Source: Methanobacterium sp.
GTDB lineage: Archaea; Methanobacteriota; Methanobacteria; Methanobacteriales; Methanobacteriaceae
Direction of reading: 5' to 3'
NCBI GenBank assembly: GCA_003166335.1
Contig: PMWA01000042.1
Coordinates: 1-42,398, forward strand
Length of the DNA: 42,398 nucleotides
Shown: positions 10,860 to 21,809 of the stretch, one piece after another
Numbering within the stretch: the first letter of the stretch is position 1
Layout of the letters: each line of letters opens with the position of its first letter
Notes under the pieces: generated by a model
The model's database searches: none
The model's input: only the letters and a program-made list of their open reading frames with translations
Told to the model about the DNA's origin: nothing
Made by a program: the position numbers and the translations under genes

Positions 10860-11912
10860 TTGAAGCTTGATAAAAATGATATTATTAACAGTATATCTCG
10901 AATAAGAGATGAAATAGGGCATGAAAATATAAAACCACAAATTAAGGAGGTCTTTTTTAATGAAGAGAATAGAGAATTACTCATCATCACTTCCGACCGT
11001 CCTGAAAAATCATTAATAATAGGAAAAGGTGGATGGGTAGTAGGGAAACTTAAAGAAAAATTAAATGTTAACAAAATTCATGTTGAGGCTTATTCTGATA
11101 TACTTATTCGTAAATATAGGATGGAACTAGCCTATGCTAAAATGGATAAAATAATGAGTTACCACCAAAATGTGAAATCTCAAGAACCTCTAAAAAATTT
11201 GTTTAAATTTCTTAAAAAAAGAATAGAATACCCTTATAGTCTAGATGTTCTCTTAAAGAATTTTTTGAATCCAAATTTAGAAAAGTCATCAAAGTTAGGT
11301 TTTAGTAAACCATTAGCTGTAGTCGCCCTATCTGGGGGTGTAGACAGTAGTTTTTCCCTAATAATTGCAAAAATAATGGGATTCAAACCCCTAGCTGTCA
11401 CAGTAAATCCTGGAGACATAATACTACCTAAATATTTCAGAGATAACATAGAGAAACTCTCTAAAAAATTAGATGTTAATCATAAATACCTGGAAGTGGA
11501 CATATCTCAAGTTGTGAAGGGTGCTTTAGATGGTAGATATCATCCATGTGGTAGATGCTCCAAACTAATTGAAAATACTATTCTGGATTATGCTCAAAAA
11601 TCGGACATATCTTTAATGATTTTTGGAGATTTATTAGCTACTGGATCTCAAGCCATGAATTTCAAAGGAGATATTCTAAGAATCAATCTACCTGCATTGT
11701 TTTCTGCTACTAAAGGTGAAACAAAAGCTTTAGCAGGAAAGTTTGGCGTTAACTCTACCGGCAGATACGGGTGCCCCCTTCTAAGTGAAGTGCATAAAAA
11801 ATATGGTTATATGCGTAGGTTTTCCATTCAAAGAGTTCTAAGAGAAACTAGGGCAGGAGTATTGGAATCAGGCGAAGCATTGGATATGATTATGAATTTG
11901 TGCATTAAATAG
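10860..11912 (+). CDS. KH-domain + PP-loop ATPase, uncharacterised (COG1365-like)
   Basis: N-terminal KH GxxG loop (IIGKGG), PP-loop ALSGGVDSS, HPCGRC and YGCP. Confidence 0.8.
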   Translation: MKLDKNDIINSISRIRDEIGHENIKPQIKEVFFNEENRELLIITSDRPEKSLIIGKGGWVVGKLKEKLNVNKIHVEAYSDILIRKYRMELAYAKMDKIMSYHQNVKSQEPLKNLFKFLKKRIEYPYSLDVLLKNFLNPNLEKSSKLGFSKPLAVVALSGGVDSSFSLIIAKIMGFKPLAVTVNPGDIILPKYFRDNIEKLSKKLDVNHKYLEVDISQVVKGALDGRYHPCGRCSKLIENTILDYAQKSDISLMIFGDLLATGSQAMNFKGDILRINLPALFSATKGETKALAGKFGVNSTGRYGCPLLSEVHKKYGYMRRFSIQRVLRETRAGVLESGEALDMIMNLCIK

Positions 11913-11988
11913 TGCAAAATAATACTCAACTATCATATAGTCTGCTATGAATTAATTCTAGGAATTTAAGCTAAAAAAAAAGGTAAAA

Positions 11989-12147
11989 CTAGTTATTTTG
12001 ACGAGGCATCATAACTAGTTCCAGTACTCCGTAGACTACCAAGAAAATTCCAGCTAAATATCCAACTAACAGAGGGTATATTATAATTAATATACCTATA
12101 ATTATAGCAACTATTCCGATTACTTCTTTGGTGGTTTGGTCTCTCAT
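11989..12147 (-). CDS. 52-aa two-TM microprotein, DUF3096-like
   Basis: Manual translation MRDQTTKEVIGIVAIIIGILIIIYPLLVGYLAGIFLVVYGVLELVMMPRQNN*. The GILI..P....Y...I.L...G pattern resembles DUF3096. TTTATATA box about 25 nt upstream of the ATG. Confidence 0.75.
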   Translation of the reverse strand: MRDQTTKEVIGIVAIIIGILIIIYPLLVGYLAGIFLVVYGVLELVMMPRQNN

Positions 12148-12201
12148 ACTTTATAATTTTGTGTAAGATCATATATAAAATTTACGAAAGGTGGATGTTT
12201 A

Positions 12202-12368
12202 ATGAAAATTAGCGCTAAATACCGTTCCCACTGCTTATCTTCTCATATAAAATAAGTTAATCCTGAATATAGTCTTTATGGATATGTTACAACTGTGTTT
12301 ATCATGGCCCTGTAGTTTTGGAGGATGAAAAATTGGTGGATGAGATTCAAAAAAAATATTTAAAGTAA
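12202..12368 (+). pseudogene. Disrupted small Zn-ribbon (CxxC) protein
   Basis: SD AGGTGG + ATG. Reads MKISAKYRSHCLSSHIK*VNPEYSL, then after a frame change WICYNCVYHGPVVLEDEKLVDEIQKKYLK*. Confidence 0.65.
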
Positions 12369-12621
12369 TGATGTTGAGTAAATAGGGAGTATATTTGAAT
12401 CCTAATTAATTTTCATATCTTTGAAAGTTAAAAAAAATAAATAAATAAAATCCAAATAATGGACAATTTAGGGTTAAAACATAATAATATCATAAACTGA
12501 AATTACAAACCGGATATTTTCTATCATAAAAAAAAAATATCACATGTATACAAAGAAATTTGATTTAATACATATTTTTTATAATTTCCTTATTATTTAA
12601 CATAATTAAAAAAAAAATTAG

Positions 12622-14028
12622 TTATTTAGATTCAAACTCAATAAAATCTCTTAACTTTGAAATAGCTTCCTTCACAACTTCCGGAGATGGTCCACCTATA
12701 ATTTTCCGGGTTTTTATTACATTATATGGATCTAAAGCCTTTTTAACCAATTCTTCATTCAGTTTGAGTGGTTTACCTATTAATTCTAGGGAAATTTCAT
12801 CTAAAAATTGTGTATCAATCTCCTTAGGCTTAATTCCATTATCCAATGCTTTGGTAACTGTTCTACCCACGATCTGATGAGCTATTCGGAAGGGTAGATT
12901 TTTTTCTCTTACCATTAGGTCAGCCAATTCAGTAGCAGTTGAAAAATTACCTTGAGCCAACTCTTTACCACGTTCCTGTTTAAACTCAGCGGTAAAAAGC
13001 ATTTCTCTAGTTATATTCAACATTAAATGACTGGTATCCACAGCATTCCACATATGCGGGGTAACCTCCTGCAGGTCCCTGTTGTAACTTTGAGGCAATG
13101 ACTTCAAAATAGTGAGTATAGTCATCAATTCTCCTTGAACTGCAGCTGTTTTAGCTCGGGCAACCTCAGCCACATCTGGATTCTTTTTTTGAGGCATAAT
13201 AGAAGATGTGGAGGAGAATTTGTTAGATATCTCAATCATGCCAAATTCGTAGGTGCTCCAAAGAATCATTTCCTCGCAGATTTTAGAAAGAGTTGACGTC
13301 AACAACACCAGCGAAAAAACAGTCTCTGCCATAAAATCCCGGGAACTCACCGCATCTATGGAGTTTTCCAAAAGCTGGTTGAAACCTAAAAGTTCTCTTG
13401 TCATTTCCCGATTAATGGGAAAGCTAGTGGTGGTAAGTGCTGCTGATCCTAGAGGACTCATATCCACCCTTTTATATGCATCTTTTAGCCGTTCATAATC
13501 CCGTTTAAGGGCCTGTGCGTAAGAGAGGATGTAATGGGCGAAAGTAGTAGGTTGTGCATGCTGAAGATGGGTGTAGCCCACCATAACCGTTTCTCGATGA
13601 TCATATGCTTTATCCAAGATGATTTGGATGCATTTCAAGAGATCAGTTAAAATTTCTTCGATCTCTTCTTTTAAAGCCAGTCTAAGATCAGTAGCTACCT
13701 GGTCGTTTCTAGACTTACCAGTGTGCATAAAACCTGCTGATTCCCCTATTTTAGCGGTGACATAGTTTTCAACTGCCATATGAATGTCTTCTACAGATGG
13801 ATCCATATCCAATGCACAGATTCCCTCAATTTGTAGCTCATTTAAAGCAGCTAATATTCTATCCGCATCTTGAGGAGATATTATTCCCTGATTCTTCAGC
13901 ATGGTCGTATGAGCCTGGTTACATAGAATGTCAGCCTTAAATATCCTCCGATCGAACTCCAAGGAGGAAGTGAAGACTGCAGCATCATTACTCATTTTAC
14001 CTTTAAGCCTTCCTGATCTCAGATTCAA
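12622..14028 (-). CDS. argH: Argininosuccinate lyase
   Basis: [34 protein letters not shown] and YNRDLQE. Confidence 0.97.
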   Translation of the reverse strand: MNLRSGRLKGKMSNDAAVFTSSLEFDRRIFKADILCNQAHTTMLKNQGIISPQDADRILAALNELQIEGICALDMDPSVEDIHMAVENYVTAKIGESAGFMHTGKSRNDQVATDLRLALKEEIEEILTDLLKCIQIILDKAYDHRETVMVGYTHLQHAQPTTFAHYILSYAQALKRDYERLKDAYKRVDMSPLGSAALTTTSFPINREMTRELLGFNQLLENSIDAVSSRDFMAETVFSLVLLTSTLSKICEEMILWSTYEFGMIEISNKFSSTSSIMPQKKNPDVAEVARAKTAAVQGELMTILTILKSLPQSYNRDLQEVTPHMWNAVDTSHLMLNITREMLFTAEFKQERGKELAQGNFSTATELADLMVREKNLPFRIAHQIVGRTVTKALDNGIKPKEIDTQFLDEISLELIGKPLKLNEELVKKALDPYNVIKTRKIIGGPSPEVVKEAISKLRDFIEFESK

Positions 14029-14066
14029 TTAAAAATCACCCTCAACTTTATAATTAAAAAAAAATA

Positions 14067-14231
14067 TTAACGTTTGGATTCTTTACCTTTCCACTCGGTA
14101 TAGCCACATTTTCCACATGCGTAACGGTCTCCATGATCCGCCATGAATACACCATGGGAACATCGAACGCATTCCGGATTTTTTCTGATGATTTTATTAT
14201 CTTTAACTTCGTAGAGCTCACATTTTTTCAT
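14067..14231 (-). CDS. rps27ae: 30S ribosomal protein S27ae
   Basis: Not in the ORF track: [62 protein letters not shown]. Confidence 0.95.
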   Translation of the reverse strand: MKKCELYEVKDNKIIRKNPECVRCSHGVFMADHGDRYACGKCGYTEWKGKESKR

Positions 14232-14315
14232 TACATTTCCTCCTGAGCTTAATTTTATATTTTAAGCTTGATTTAATATTTCTTTTGTCGATTTAATTCT
14301 TTTTATCCAAACTGT

Positions 14316-14630
14316 TTATTCTTCTGCATCTTCGCTTTTAGCTTCATCTTGAGGCTTCTGATTTTTTTCAAGTATATGTTTTCTCTCGATTTCAGACAGA
14401 CTTTTATCTGATTTGTAAAGTTTAGCGTAACCCCTGGCTTTTCCTTCGCCAAAATTGGGATTGAGTTTATCAACTACCAGAAGATTTTTATCAACATTTA
14501 AGATTGCAACTAGTTTATTTTTCACATCTAAAACTTTAGGAGTTGCTTCACCTTGATATAAGCAGTCAAAATATACTTCAGTCCTGTCTAAAAGTGGATT
14601 TTCAGCTTTGTTATTTATATTAATTTCCAT
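14316..14630 (-). CDS. rps24e: 30S ribosomal protein S24e
   Basis: ENPLLDRTE, GEATP and FGEG...GYAKLY; canonical position before rps27ae. Confidence 0.95.
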   Translation of the reverse strand: MEININNKAENPLLDRTEVYFDCLYQGEATPKVLDVKNKLVAILNVDKNLLVVDKLNPNFGEGKARGYAKLYKSDKSLSEIERKHILEKNQKPQDEAKSEDAEE

Positions 14631-14633
14631 TTT

Positions 14634-15155
14634 TTATGTCTCCTCAAATTTTTCTAATAATTTTTCTGCTTTACTTTTAACTTGATCAACTTCACAAAAC
14701 ACTACACCCTTTCCTGGCTGGCCATAAAGAATTATAGAATTATGTGGTGCCATTATCACACAGGGAATAACTGCAAGATCTTCTTCACCATTCACTACAA
14801 TAAGTATATTATCATGAGACGTTTCAATTAATTGGAATCCTTCCTTTATGGTGTTCCAAAGATTCCTGGTTATGGTTCCGGGTGGATTTTCCGCCTTCAA
14901 TTCAACTTCATAATTAGCTAATTTGTTTTTAAATTCAGATTCTTTTCTCTCTATTCTGTAATCTATAATACCCATATCAGGTTTTATACCTTCTTTTTGA
15001 AGATTTATAGTTGTGACATCCCCTATAGATATTATAAGATTATTTTCTCTTTGTATATAATTTTCCAAATTATCTTTTAAATCTTTTATAGATGGATATA
15101 ATTTTCCAAATGGTTTTTTGAATTCGGATCTTAGCTCTTCTTTTAGTATTAACAC
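14634..15155 (-). CDS. GTP-dependent dephospho-CoA kinase (DUF359)
   Basis: KKPFG, IGDVTT, NPPGTIT, GEEDL and LYGQPGKG. Confidence 0.9.
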   Translation of the reverse strand: MLILKEELRSEFKKPFGKLYPSIKDLKDNLENYIQRENNLIISIGDVTTINLQKEGIKPDMGIIDYRIERKESEFKNKLANYEVELKAENPPGTITRNLWNTIKEGFQLIETSHDNILIVVNGEEDLAVIPCVIMAPHNSIILYGQPGKGVVFCEVDQVKSKAEKLLEKFEET

Positions 15156-15156
15156 A

Positions 15157-15339
15157 TTATCGAACCCTCAGGGCATATTCCCCAGGTAGGGTTATTTTTA
15201 ATTCATCTGCAATCTTTGATTTTTCGGGATCAACCACAATTAGAAACCCACTCCAATTCTTTGATGTGGATATATTGCACATTATACATCTTTCATCCTC
15301 TATGAGTCTATGACATCTGGTACATGCTTTAATAACCAT
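15157..15339 (-). CDS. spt4: Transcription elongation factor Spt4 (RpoE'')
   Basis: ACTRC..CIMC Zn ribbon, WSG, DPEKS.IA and PGEYALRVR. Confidence 0.95.
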   Translation of the reverse strand: MVIKACTRCHRLIEDERCIMCNISTSKNWSGFLIVVDPEKSKIADELKITLPGEYALRVR

Positions 15340-15341
15340 TT

Positions 15342-15956
15342 TTACTTCTTCCTACCCTTTTCTTTTCCTTTGCTTTTCCCTTTAACTCTACTTTTACCTT
15401 TATTTTTGGATTTATCCTTTTCTTCTTCAATCCACTCAAATCTTCCTAGACCCGGCTGCCTCATGGTTAATCCTATCTTAGTTTCCTTGGATGATTTTCC
15501 TTTAAGGCTTAAGGCTACGATTCTGGCTCGAACTTTATTCCCTTCTTCCAATGAAGTTTTTGATTCTTTACCAATCAGTGCCCCTCTTTTGGCATCGTAG
15601 TTAATATAATCATCAGTGACCTGTGAAACATGTACTAATCCATCCATTGGACCTATACGAACAAAAGCACCAAATTCAGTTATTTCTATGACTTCTCCTT
15701 CCACTATTTCATGCAGTTCAGGTTTAAAGAATAAAGCGCTGAAAATAACATCATGATAAGCAGCTCCATCACCCATTATAACTTTTCCCTCTCCGATTTC
15801 TTCTATTTCTTTAACTGTAACCATCAGTCCCAACTTTTTATCTATTTTACCCATATAATTCTCGTTTAAAACTTCAACTGCAGTTTCTTTAACGGGTTCT
15901 TCAAAACTGCTGGGTGAGATTCTTACAGTGTCTTCTATTTTCGATATTAAATACAA
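15342..15956 (-). CDS. rpoE1: RNA polymerase subunit E' (Rpo7)
   Basis: GDGAAY, S1 domain [18 protein letters not shown] and [11 protein letters not shown]. Confidence 0.96.
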   Translation of the reverse strand: MYLISKIEDTVRISPSSFEEPVKETAVEVLNENYMGKIDKKLGLMVTVKEIEEIGEGKVIMGDGAAYHDVIFSALFFKPELHEIVEGEVIEITEFGAFVRIGPMDGLVHVSQVTDDYINYDAKRGALIGKESKTSLEEGNKVRARIVALSLKGKSSKETKIGLTMRQPGLGRFEWIEEEKDKSKNKGKSRVKGKSKGKEKGRKK

Positions 15957-15970
15957 TTAAATCCCTCTAA

Positions 15971-16023
15971 AATGCTTTTTATAAAAACTGCACCCCATTA
16001 TGTTATGGTGCATATAAAGCATT
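15971..16023 (-). promoter_or_regulatory. Putative rpoE' operon promoter embedded in a nested inverted repeat
   Basis: Minus-strand TTTATATG box inside AATGCTTT..TGCACC-N12-GGTGCA..AAAGCATT. Confidence 0.5.
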
Positions 16024-16082
16024 ATTTTTTTTAATAAAATCTATAATTATAATATAAAGTAATTTTTCAAAAAATTCTTTTT

Positions 16083-16607
16083 TTAATCAATCTCATTATA
16101 TAGTTTCATGGAATATTCTATGGATTCCAGTGCTTTTTTGGCGTTATCCCATCCTAAAATTTCTGTTGTTTTTCCTTCCAATTTTTTATATTCTTGGAAG
16201 AAATGAGTAATTTCATTTAAAAATGCCTGTGGTAAATCACTAATGTCTTTAACATTATCAAATCGTGGATCATTAATTGGGACACCGAGTATTTTATCAT
16301 CACTTTCTCCACCATCTATCATTCTCATAACCCCAATGGGCCTGGTTTCAATGATACATCCAGAGAATGTAGATTCATCCATTATTACCAATATATCCAT
16401 GGGGTCTCCATCATCCCATAATGTTTGTGGTATTAAACCATATTCCGCAGGATAATGAAATGGAGAATACAAAACCCTATCTAGTATAAATGCTTCCTTA
16501 TCCTTGTCATATTCATATTTATTTCTTGATCCTTTGGGAATTTCAACAACAGCATAAACAACTTCTGGTGCTGATGGTCCTGTTAATATTTCTTTCCACA
16601 GATTCAT
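16083..16607 (-). CDS. ppa: Inorganic pyrophosphatase (family I)
   Basis: EIPKGSRNKYE, LDR, YGLIPQT, DGDPMD, DDK and FF..YK. Confidence 0.96.
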   Translation of the reverse strand: MNLWKEILTGPSAPEVVYAVVEIPKGSRNKYEYDKDKEAFILDRVLYSPFHYPAEYGLIPQTLWDDGDPMDILVIMDESTFSGCIIETRPIGVMRMIDGGESDDKILGVPINDPRFDNVKDISDLPQAFLNEITHFFQEYKKLEGKTTEILGWDNAKKALESIEYSMKLYNEID

Positions 16608-16800
16608 TTATAAATTTCCTCCTTTAAACAAACATTTTAAGTAATTAAGACTAAATCAAAATTTTTTGTTAAAAAGATGACATTTTGAATTATGATAATT
16701 TTTTTTTATTATTAAATATTAGTATATAATTGAACAAACTAAATTTCCCTAAAATTTCCTACTACTAAATTTTTTTTATAAATTAATAAATAAAAAAGAT

Positions 16801-17225
16801 TTATAATCCCAATAAACCTTCAAAATATCCATCTACAGCTAAATATTTCCTCTGACGCAAATATATCACAATTATTCCCTTATTTCGAGCTTTTCTTCTT
16901 AGTTCCCTATCATTAGTACATAATATCTTTGATACTCTAAGAAGAGCATCATCTACTTGTTCTCCTTTAAGAAGAGGAATAATTTTTATGATTACAGGAC
17001 TTAAATCGGCTATCTTAAGAGCAACTGAAGCTGCAGTTTTAGTTTTACCCCTAGATCTCTCTTTTATTTTCTCCAATTCATGTATTATAAAGGAAGGAAC
17101 TATTAATTTTAATGAAGGTGATAATTCCTCGAGTTGACTTATGATATCTAAATTAAACTGAGCCGCCATCATAAAAAATTTGCATCTAGGAACGCATCAT
17201 TTCCATGACTATTTGATAATACCAT
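16801..17225 (-). pseudogene. PIN-domain ribonuclease (Fcf1/Utp24-like) with a 1-nt frameshift in a T tract (real lesion or assembly error)
   Basis: ATG 17225 gives [18 protein letters not shown]. Adding one T to the T6 run (17173-17178) fuses it to MMAAQFNLD...HELEK...VDDALL...TNDRELR. The 425-nt span is one base short of 142 codons. Confidence 0.75.
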
Positions 17226-18435
17226 ATCCAATTAACCTCCATCTAGCCCCGACTCGTCTACTTAAAGCAACTCTCTGGCCTTCATCAGCACATACGGGTA
17301 GTTTAAGTTTCACATCAACCACATTACCTCGAGCACTGGTTACCACTCCGATTGTAGTGGAAGTACCAATATTAATCATCAGAGGTTCTGAGGATTTTAT
17401 AGGTTCTACTTCTTTTTCTTCTTTAGTTCCAACAACTCTATCCAATAAATGGGTTTTCATGGTGAATTCATATATAACAGGTGGTAATGTATCCTGTTTC
17501 CCAGCCACAGATCCAGAAAGGGAATCTGCCTTGGTTAAAGATGGGTCCAACTTGGTGGCTACACCTATAAGCCCTCCCGGACCTATTTCATCAACTTGTT
17601 CTCCAGCAGCAACTAATCCCACTATTTCAGAGCTTAAGCTAACCCATTCAGTTTTTCCTTTCTTTATGATTTGTACACCAGGCTTTATCTCGATTTCATC
17701 TCCAACTTTAAGTTTCCCATAGATCAGTGAGCCTCCAATAACTCCACCGACCATATCTTCAGGAGCACTACCAGGTTTGTTGATGTCAAAAGATCGAGCC
17801 ACATACATCCGGGGAGCTTTTCTAATTGATCTTCGAGGTGTTCTTATTTTTTCCTGAATCACTTCAATCAGTATATCTATATTTGCACCCTGTTGAGCAG
17901 AAATAGGTATTATAGGAGATTCTTCTGCACATGTGCCCTTAACAAAATCTTTTATTTCTCGATAACTTTCCATTGCTCTTTCCTTGGATATTATATCAAT
18001 TTTATTTTGGACGATAATAACATCCTTAACACCGATAACATCCAAAGCCATAAGATGCTCCTTTGTTTGTGGTTGAGGGCAAAATTCATTGGCTGCAATT
18101 ACCAGTATCGCCCCATCCATTATTGCTGCACCGGAAAGCATAGTAGCCATAAGAGTTTCGTGTCCAGGGGAATCTACAAAGGATACTTTACGGAGTTTCT
18201 GAGTTTCCTCAGAACAATGCTCACATACTAAAGCCGTGGTATAACACTGAGGAGCAGGACATGTAAGACACTTGCGGAAGGTTATATCTGCATAACCTAA
18301 TCTTATAGATATACCTCTTTTAGTTTCTTCACTGTGGGTATCAGTCCATATCCCCGATAATGCCTTAGTGAGTGTAGTTTTACCATGATCAACATGTCCC
18401 ACTAAACCTATATTAATTTCTGATTGTATTTTCAC
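17209..18435 (-). CDS. eif2g: Translation initiation factor 2 gamma subunit
   Basis: [18 protein letters not shown], Zn knuckle, DSPGHE, QNKID and RWRLIGYG. Confidence 0.97.
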   Translation of the reverse strand: MKIQSEINIGLVGHVDHGKTTLTKALSGIWTDTHSEETKRGISIRLGYADITFRKCLTCPAPQCYTTALVCEHCSEETQKLRKVSFVDSPGHETLMATMLSGAAIMDGAILVIAANEFCPQPQTKEHLMALDVIGVKDVIIVQNKIDIISKERAMESYREIKDFVKGTCAEESPIIPISAQQGANIDILIEVIQEKIRTPRRSIRKAPRMYVARSFDINKPGSAPEDMVGGVIGGSLIYGKLKVGDEIEIKPGVQIIKKGKTEWVSLSSEIVGLVAAGEQVDEIGPGGLIGVATKLDPSLTKADSLSGSVAGKQDTLPPVIYEFTMKTHLLDRVVGTKEEKEVEPIKSSEPLMINIGTSTTIGVVTSARGNVVDVKLKLPVCADEGQRVALSRRVGARWRLIGYGIIK

Positions 18436-18451
18436 AAATTATCCCCGAAAA

Positions 18452-18829
18452 TTATTTTTCACTCTTTAAAAGTTCATCAATATTCTTTTCACCTTTTTGG
18501 TCAACTATAGCATTGATCTGTACAATATCGTCGGATATAGTATTTCCACGGACAGTTTTTCTTCTGCGTTGCCCATCTCGTTTAGGATTAAAACCTACGC
18601 CTCCAGATAGAAGACTTTTTATCCTTCGAGGTCCTTCAACATCTTTTTTCATGGGAAAACCATTTTTATCGCTTCCGCCAGTAATTTTTAAGGTGTATCC
18701 TTTTAAACCAACGAGAGAAGCGTCAAAATTATCACCAATTTTCAATCCTATAAGTTTTTTTGATTCTGTTGCTTCAACTTCCAATTGATGACTGTTCTCG
18801 CCTTCTGAAATAACTAATTTAAATGCCAA
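18452..18829 (-). CDS. rps6e: 30S ribosomal protein S6e
   Basis: ITGGSDKNGFPM and GQRRRKTVRGN. Confidence 0.97.
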   Translation of the reverse strand: MAFKLVISEGENSHQLEVEATESKKLIGLKIGDNFDASLVGLKGYTLKITGGSDKNGFPMKKDVEGPRRIKSLLSGGVGFNPKRDGQRRRKTVRGNTISDDIVQINAIVDQKGEKNIDELLKSEK

Positions 18830-18958
18830 TATATCTCCTCCATCTTATTCTGGTCTTTTATATTCCATATTATTTATCATTTTCCATAGATTAAGGATAA
18901 AAAATTGTTTGTTTACAGAGGATCACTTCGAATTCAGCATAATTTGAATTCTAATGGG

Positions 18959-20740
18959 TTAACTAATAATACCCCATACTGGGTCATCTCTTCTTTTTAT
19001 ATCCAATATTTCATGGAGTATTTCAAGTTCATCATCAGTTAATTTTCCCATAAGTTCTGATTCAAGTATTTTATAGTGTTTTTCAGGTATATTAACGTAT
19101 AAAACATCCCCTTCCTCAAAGTCACGCCCAAAAACTGCTTCTTTTATAGCCATAGCTACTTTTTGACCTTTAGAGGCTGATTTAAGGTTTTCTCCTTTAT
19201 CTTGCATGCTCTCTACTTTTCCCACAAAAGAATTATCTTCACGCATCAAACGATAATCTTTCTTCACAGTACCACCCAATATTTCTACACCAGCAATTGC
19301 AGGTTTACTATACCTAAAAACCAATTTTGGAATTATTCGTATCTTGGCGGGACGAATTATAGCATCTAACCATTTTTTCCTTCTACGTTCTTCAGCTGCT
19401 TTCAACCACTCATCATAATCCTCTGTAAGCTTGTATATGACGTTTGCAGAGAAGAGCTTCACCTTTGAATTCTTTATTTCTTCTGCAGCGGATGGTAATA
19501 CTTTAACATTGAAAGCTAAGATCACCCCATGAAGCTGATCCTCTTTTCCGACTATTGAAGCATTTACTACATCTCTACGTGAAACATCCCCAATATCTGC
19601 CATTCTTATGGGTACATTAAGGTCTTTCAACATGTTTACTAATGCTTCCAGGGATCCTAAAGTGTCAGTTTTAATTACAACACCCATTTCATGAGTGTCT
19701 ATTTTTATGCTTTCAATTTCCTTTAGAATCTCTTCTTTAACAGTGTTAAAGTCTTCCCGAGCCACCCTTAGAGGAGAACCAGAGATAACATTTTCAATAT
19801 TAGGAGCTACAATTTTTATACCTGCAGCCGCCACCACTTCATCTACTTTACTGAACTTCTTTTTAGAATCCCTAATCTCTTCCAAAGGTTTGGGTTTAAG
19901 TAATGACCGTATCTTAGTGGTTATAACACTATCTCGAGTTGTTAAAGCTATAATATCATTCTTTTTTAATATTCCATCATATATGACTGCATCTAATGTG
20001 ATTCCTAAGCCTGTTTCCTCTTTCACTTCCAATATAGTCCCTTTAGCAGGGGCATTAGCTTCTATTTGTAATTGTTTTTGCAAATACTGTTGAGCTAAGC
20101 CCATAAGCATAGCTAGAAGTTCAGCTATTCCCTCACCTGTTTTAGCGCTTATAGGGATAATACTAATCTGTTTAGCGAAATTCTGGACTCGGTCGAATCT
20201 TTCTGATTCAAATCCTTCATCATGAAGAATTCCCAGCAGTTTATAAATACCATTATCAAGATTTTCTTGAACACTTAACGCCTGCTTCGAGTATCTTTCT
20301 TTGAATGTGAGTCCTGAATATGATTCCCATCCATATATCTTGTCTATTTTATTAGCTGCTACCACGAAAGGTGTTTTATACATTTTTAGTATATTTAAGG
20401 CTTCATAGGTTTGAGGTTTGAATCCTTCTTTAACATCTACAATTAATATAGCCAGATCTGCCAGTGCTCCTCCTCTTTTACGTAGTGAAGTGAATGCTTC
20501 ATGACCTGGAGTGTCTATAAAGAAAAGACCAGGCATATTCTCCCTTATCTGCAGTTTTTTAATAAATTTACCTGAGATAGCTTCAATAACTTCCATGGGA
20601 ATTTCAGTGGCACCAATATGTTGAGTTATTCCACCAGCTTCTTTCTGGGCTATGGCACTGCCTCGGATATAATCTAAAAGAGTGGTTTTACCATGGTCTA
20701 CATGACCTAAAACAGATACAATAGGTGATCTAATCTTCAA
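18959..20740 (-). CDS. infB: Translation initiation factor aIF5B (IF-2)
   Basis: [39 protein letters not shown] and DTLGSLEA. Confidence 0.97.
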   Translation of the reverse strand: MKIRSPIVSVLGHVDHGKTTLLDYIRGSAIAQKEAGGITQHIGATEIPMEVIEAISGKFIKKLQIRENMPGLFFIDTPGHEAFTSLRKRGGALADLAILIVDVKEGFKPQTYEALNILKMYKTPFVVAANKIDKIYGWESYSGLTFKERYSKQALSVQENLDNGIYKLLGILHDEGFESERFDRVQNFAKQISIIPISAKTGEGIAELLAMLMGLAQQYLQKQLQIEANAPAKGTILEVKEETGLGITLDAVIYDGILKKNDIIALTTRDSVITTKIRSLLKPKPLEEIRDSKKKFSKVDEVVAAAGIKIVAPNIENVISGSPLRVAREDFNTVKEEILKEIESIKIDTHEMGVVIKTDTLGSLEALVNMLKDLNVPIRMADIGDVSRRDVVNASIVGKEDQLHGVILAFNVKVLPSAAEEIKNSKVKLFSANVIYKLTEDYDEWLKAAEERRRKKWLDAIIRPAKIRIIPKLVFRYSKPAIAGVEILGGTVKKDYRLMREDNSFVGKVESMQDKGENLKSASKGQKVAMAIKEAVFGRDFEEGDVLYVNIPEKHYKILESELMGKLTDDELEILHEILDIKRRDDPVWGIIS

Positions 20741-20892
20741 TTATATTCTCCCAGATAATAATAAAACAGGATAAATTCTAATTTAATGAATATTTCCAAG
20801 AAAGTGGGTATATAAATAATTTTTTTAAAAAACTAAAAAAGTTTTTTTAACTTTTTTCCCAAATTTCCCGGCTACCTCACCTTCTTCTTATC

Positions 20893-21351
20893 TTAAGGTT
20901 CTTCGTATATGAATTCTTCATCAGGTAGCGTGAATTTGTAGATTTCTGAATCATTAAAAAATAGATTTATCTCCCTTTTCGCAGATTTTGTGGAATCTGA
21001 AGCATGTATTATATTTCTACCAGTGTCAATGGCATAATCACCTCTTATAGTTCCCAATTCTGCATCTTTAGGATTGGTAACTCCTACCATTTTTCTTATA
21101 AGAGTTATACATTCTTCACCTTCGATTATCATCGCCAATACGGGTCCAGAGGTTATATAATCCACCAGATCTTTGAAAAAAGGTTTTTGACTGTGCTCTG
21201 CGTAATGTTTTTCTGCCAAATCTTTCTCAATAATCATTATTTTCGCAGCGGTGATTTTAAGTCCTCTTTCTTCGAATCTAGTTATAGTCCTACCTATAAG
21301 TCTTCTTAACACCGCATCAGGCTTCAGCATCACAAAACTCATTTGCTTCAT
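20893..21351 (-). CDS. ndk: Nucleoside diphosphate kinase
   Basis: KPDAV, HYAEH, SGPV, GTIRGD and [12 protein letters not shown] overlap with the rpl24e stop. Confidence 0.96.
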   Translation of the reverse strand: MKQMSFVMLKPDAVLRRLIGRTITRFEERGLKITAAKIMIIEKDLAEKHYAEHSQKPFFKDLVDYITSGPVLAMIIEGEECITLIRKMVGVTNPKDAELGTIRGDYAIDTGRNIIHASDSTKSAKREINLFFNDSEIYKFTLPDEEFIYEEP

Positions 21352-21509
21352 TTTTTGACCCATTTAACCTTTCTAGGAACTCTTTTAAGTTTGATTCTGT
21401 TTTTTTCACATTTGCTGCTGCAGAAGAAGTGCACAGTACCATCTTTTTTGACGTACATCTTTCCAGTACCGTCCTCCATTTCTTCTCCACAGAATGAACA
21501 TGTTCTCAT
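21348..21509 (-). CDS. rpl24e: 50S ribosomal protein L24e
   Basis: Not in the ORF track: [53 protein letters not shown]. Confidence 0.96.
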   Translation of the reverse strand: MRTCSFCGEEMEDGTGKMYVKKDGTVHFFCSSKCEKNRIKLKRVPRKVKWVKK

Positions 21510-21524
21510 ATAAACACACCTTTA

Positions 21525-21731
21525 TTATGGGGTACGGATTTCTTTGGCTTCCCTTATAGTATCTAGCAACATTAAAACGTCCCCTTCTTTTATAGCTCCC
21601 ATGACGTTCCGGGTAAGTATCCTACCCTTATCTCTTCCATCTAATATCCTACATTTCACCTGCATAACTTCACCAGTCATTCCGGTTCTTTTTAAAACCT
21701 CAATAACTTCGGCAGGAGTTCCATCTTCCAT
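21525..21731 (-). CDS. rps28e: 30S ribosomal protein S28e
   Basis: [35 protein letters not shown] before ATG 21731. Confidence 0.96.
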   Translation of the reverse strand: MEDGTPAEVIEVLKRTGMTGEVMQVKCRILDGRDKGRILTRNVMGAIKEGDVLMLLDTIREAKEIRTP

Positions 21732-21809
21732 AAAAATCACCTTCAATTAAAATTAGAAAGACTTTAATGTCTTCCAATCTAGAAATGGACTAGAAATTTA
21801 TTTTGAATT

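Noticed and set aside
18930..18951. GAATTCA-N8-TGAATTC hairpin after infB
   Set aside because: A 7-bp AT-rich dyad is expected by chance; at most a terminator or processing hairpin.
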